Assembly: GCA_054661495.1 (NCBI GenBank)
Contig: BAAFSQ010000425.1
Span: 1-6,884 of the forward strand
Source of the DNA: Zygophlyctis sp. KS116
Lineage: Eukaryota; Fungi; Chytridiomycota
DNA: 6,884 nt
Direction of reading: 5' to 3'
The position numbers and the translations under genes were made by a program. The notes beneath the pieces were generated by a model, which saw only the letters and a program-made list of their open reading frames with translations, searched no databases and was not told the origin of the DNA. This document shows, piece by piece, positions 6,652 through 6,884 of the stretch; positions within the stretch are counted from its first letter, which is position 1; every line of letters starts with the position of its first letter.

Positions 6652-6884
6652 CAAATAAAATGGTAGTAGACTGTAGACTATGATTGGGAGTACTTTAAAA
6701 ATCTCTTTAGTGACGCTTTGACGTTTAATGAAATATCTTGAATCTGATCGTGAAGTAAAATTCAAATCAAATCCCTTGGTTCTATTTCAGAATAATCAGT
6801 GGAGTTTGGATATGGGCCGATTACCGGATTTGAGATTCCAAAATGTCAATATTGATACCAAAATGTCAATATTGATACCAAAAT
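6652..6884 (+). pseudogene. Putative degenerate coding exon (orphan or displaced C-terminal module), running off the window
   Basis: Removing one copy of the GTAGACT tandem duplication (6666-6679) and a 7-nt insertion near 6718-6724 gives a continuous phase-1 frame from the acceptor: ANKMVVDYDWEYFKNLFSDALMKYLESDREVKFKSNPLVLFQNNQWSLDMGRLPDLRFQNVNIDTK. The frame from 6728 is open to the window end. Confidence 0.35.
6838..6884. repeat. 20-bp tandem repeat (at least 2.3 copies) at the window end
   Basis: CCAAAATGTCAATATTGATA occurs twice, followed by CCAAAAT. Each unit contains the palindrome TCAATATTGA. Confidence 0.9.

Noticed and set aside
6838-6884. CRISPR repeat or telomere
   Set aside because: The units are directly adjacent with no spacers, and they do not resemble a G-rich telomeric repeat.

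Overview
This is a gene-dense, AT-rich eukaryotic window using the standard genetic code. It most likely comes from an early-diverging fungus such as a chytrid (inference). The ORF track misses most of its structure because the introns are only 23-31 nt. From left to right: (1) the 3' end of an unknown + strand gene; (2) a 12-exon minus-strand gene (about 505 aa) for a secreted protein with a signal peptide, a Cys-rich cap, about 10 plant-type LRRs (eight on exact 72-nt exons) and two PAN/Apple domains; (3) COG8/DOR1; (4) a three-exon COX12/COX6B gene absent from the ORF track, whose CDS overlaps the end of COG8 antisense across a 16-bp palindrome; (5) a Crinkler (CRN)-like gene with an N-terminal header, a P-loop NTPase and a PD-(D/E)xK nuclease-like domain. 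The NTPase-nuclease module is bracketed by two near-identical intron-like repeats. It is followed by a degenerate, phase-compatible coding segment that may be an orphan or displaced C-terminal cassette. All gene models were read by hand from the sequence and no database searches were run.
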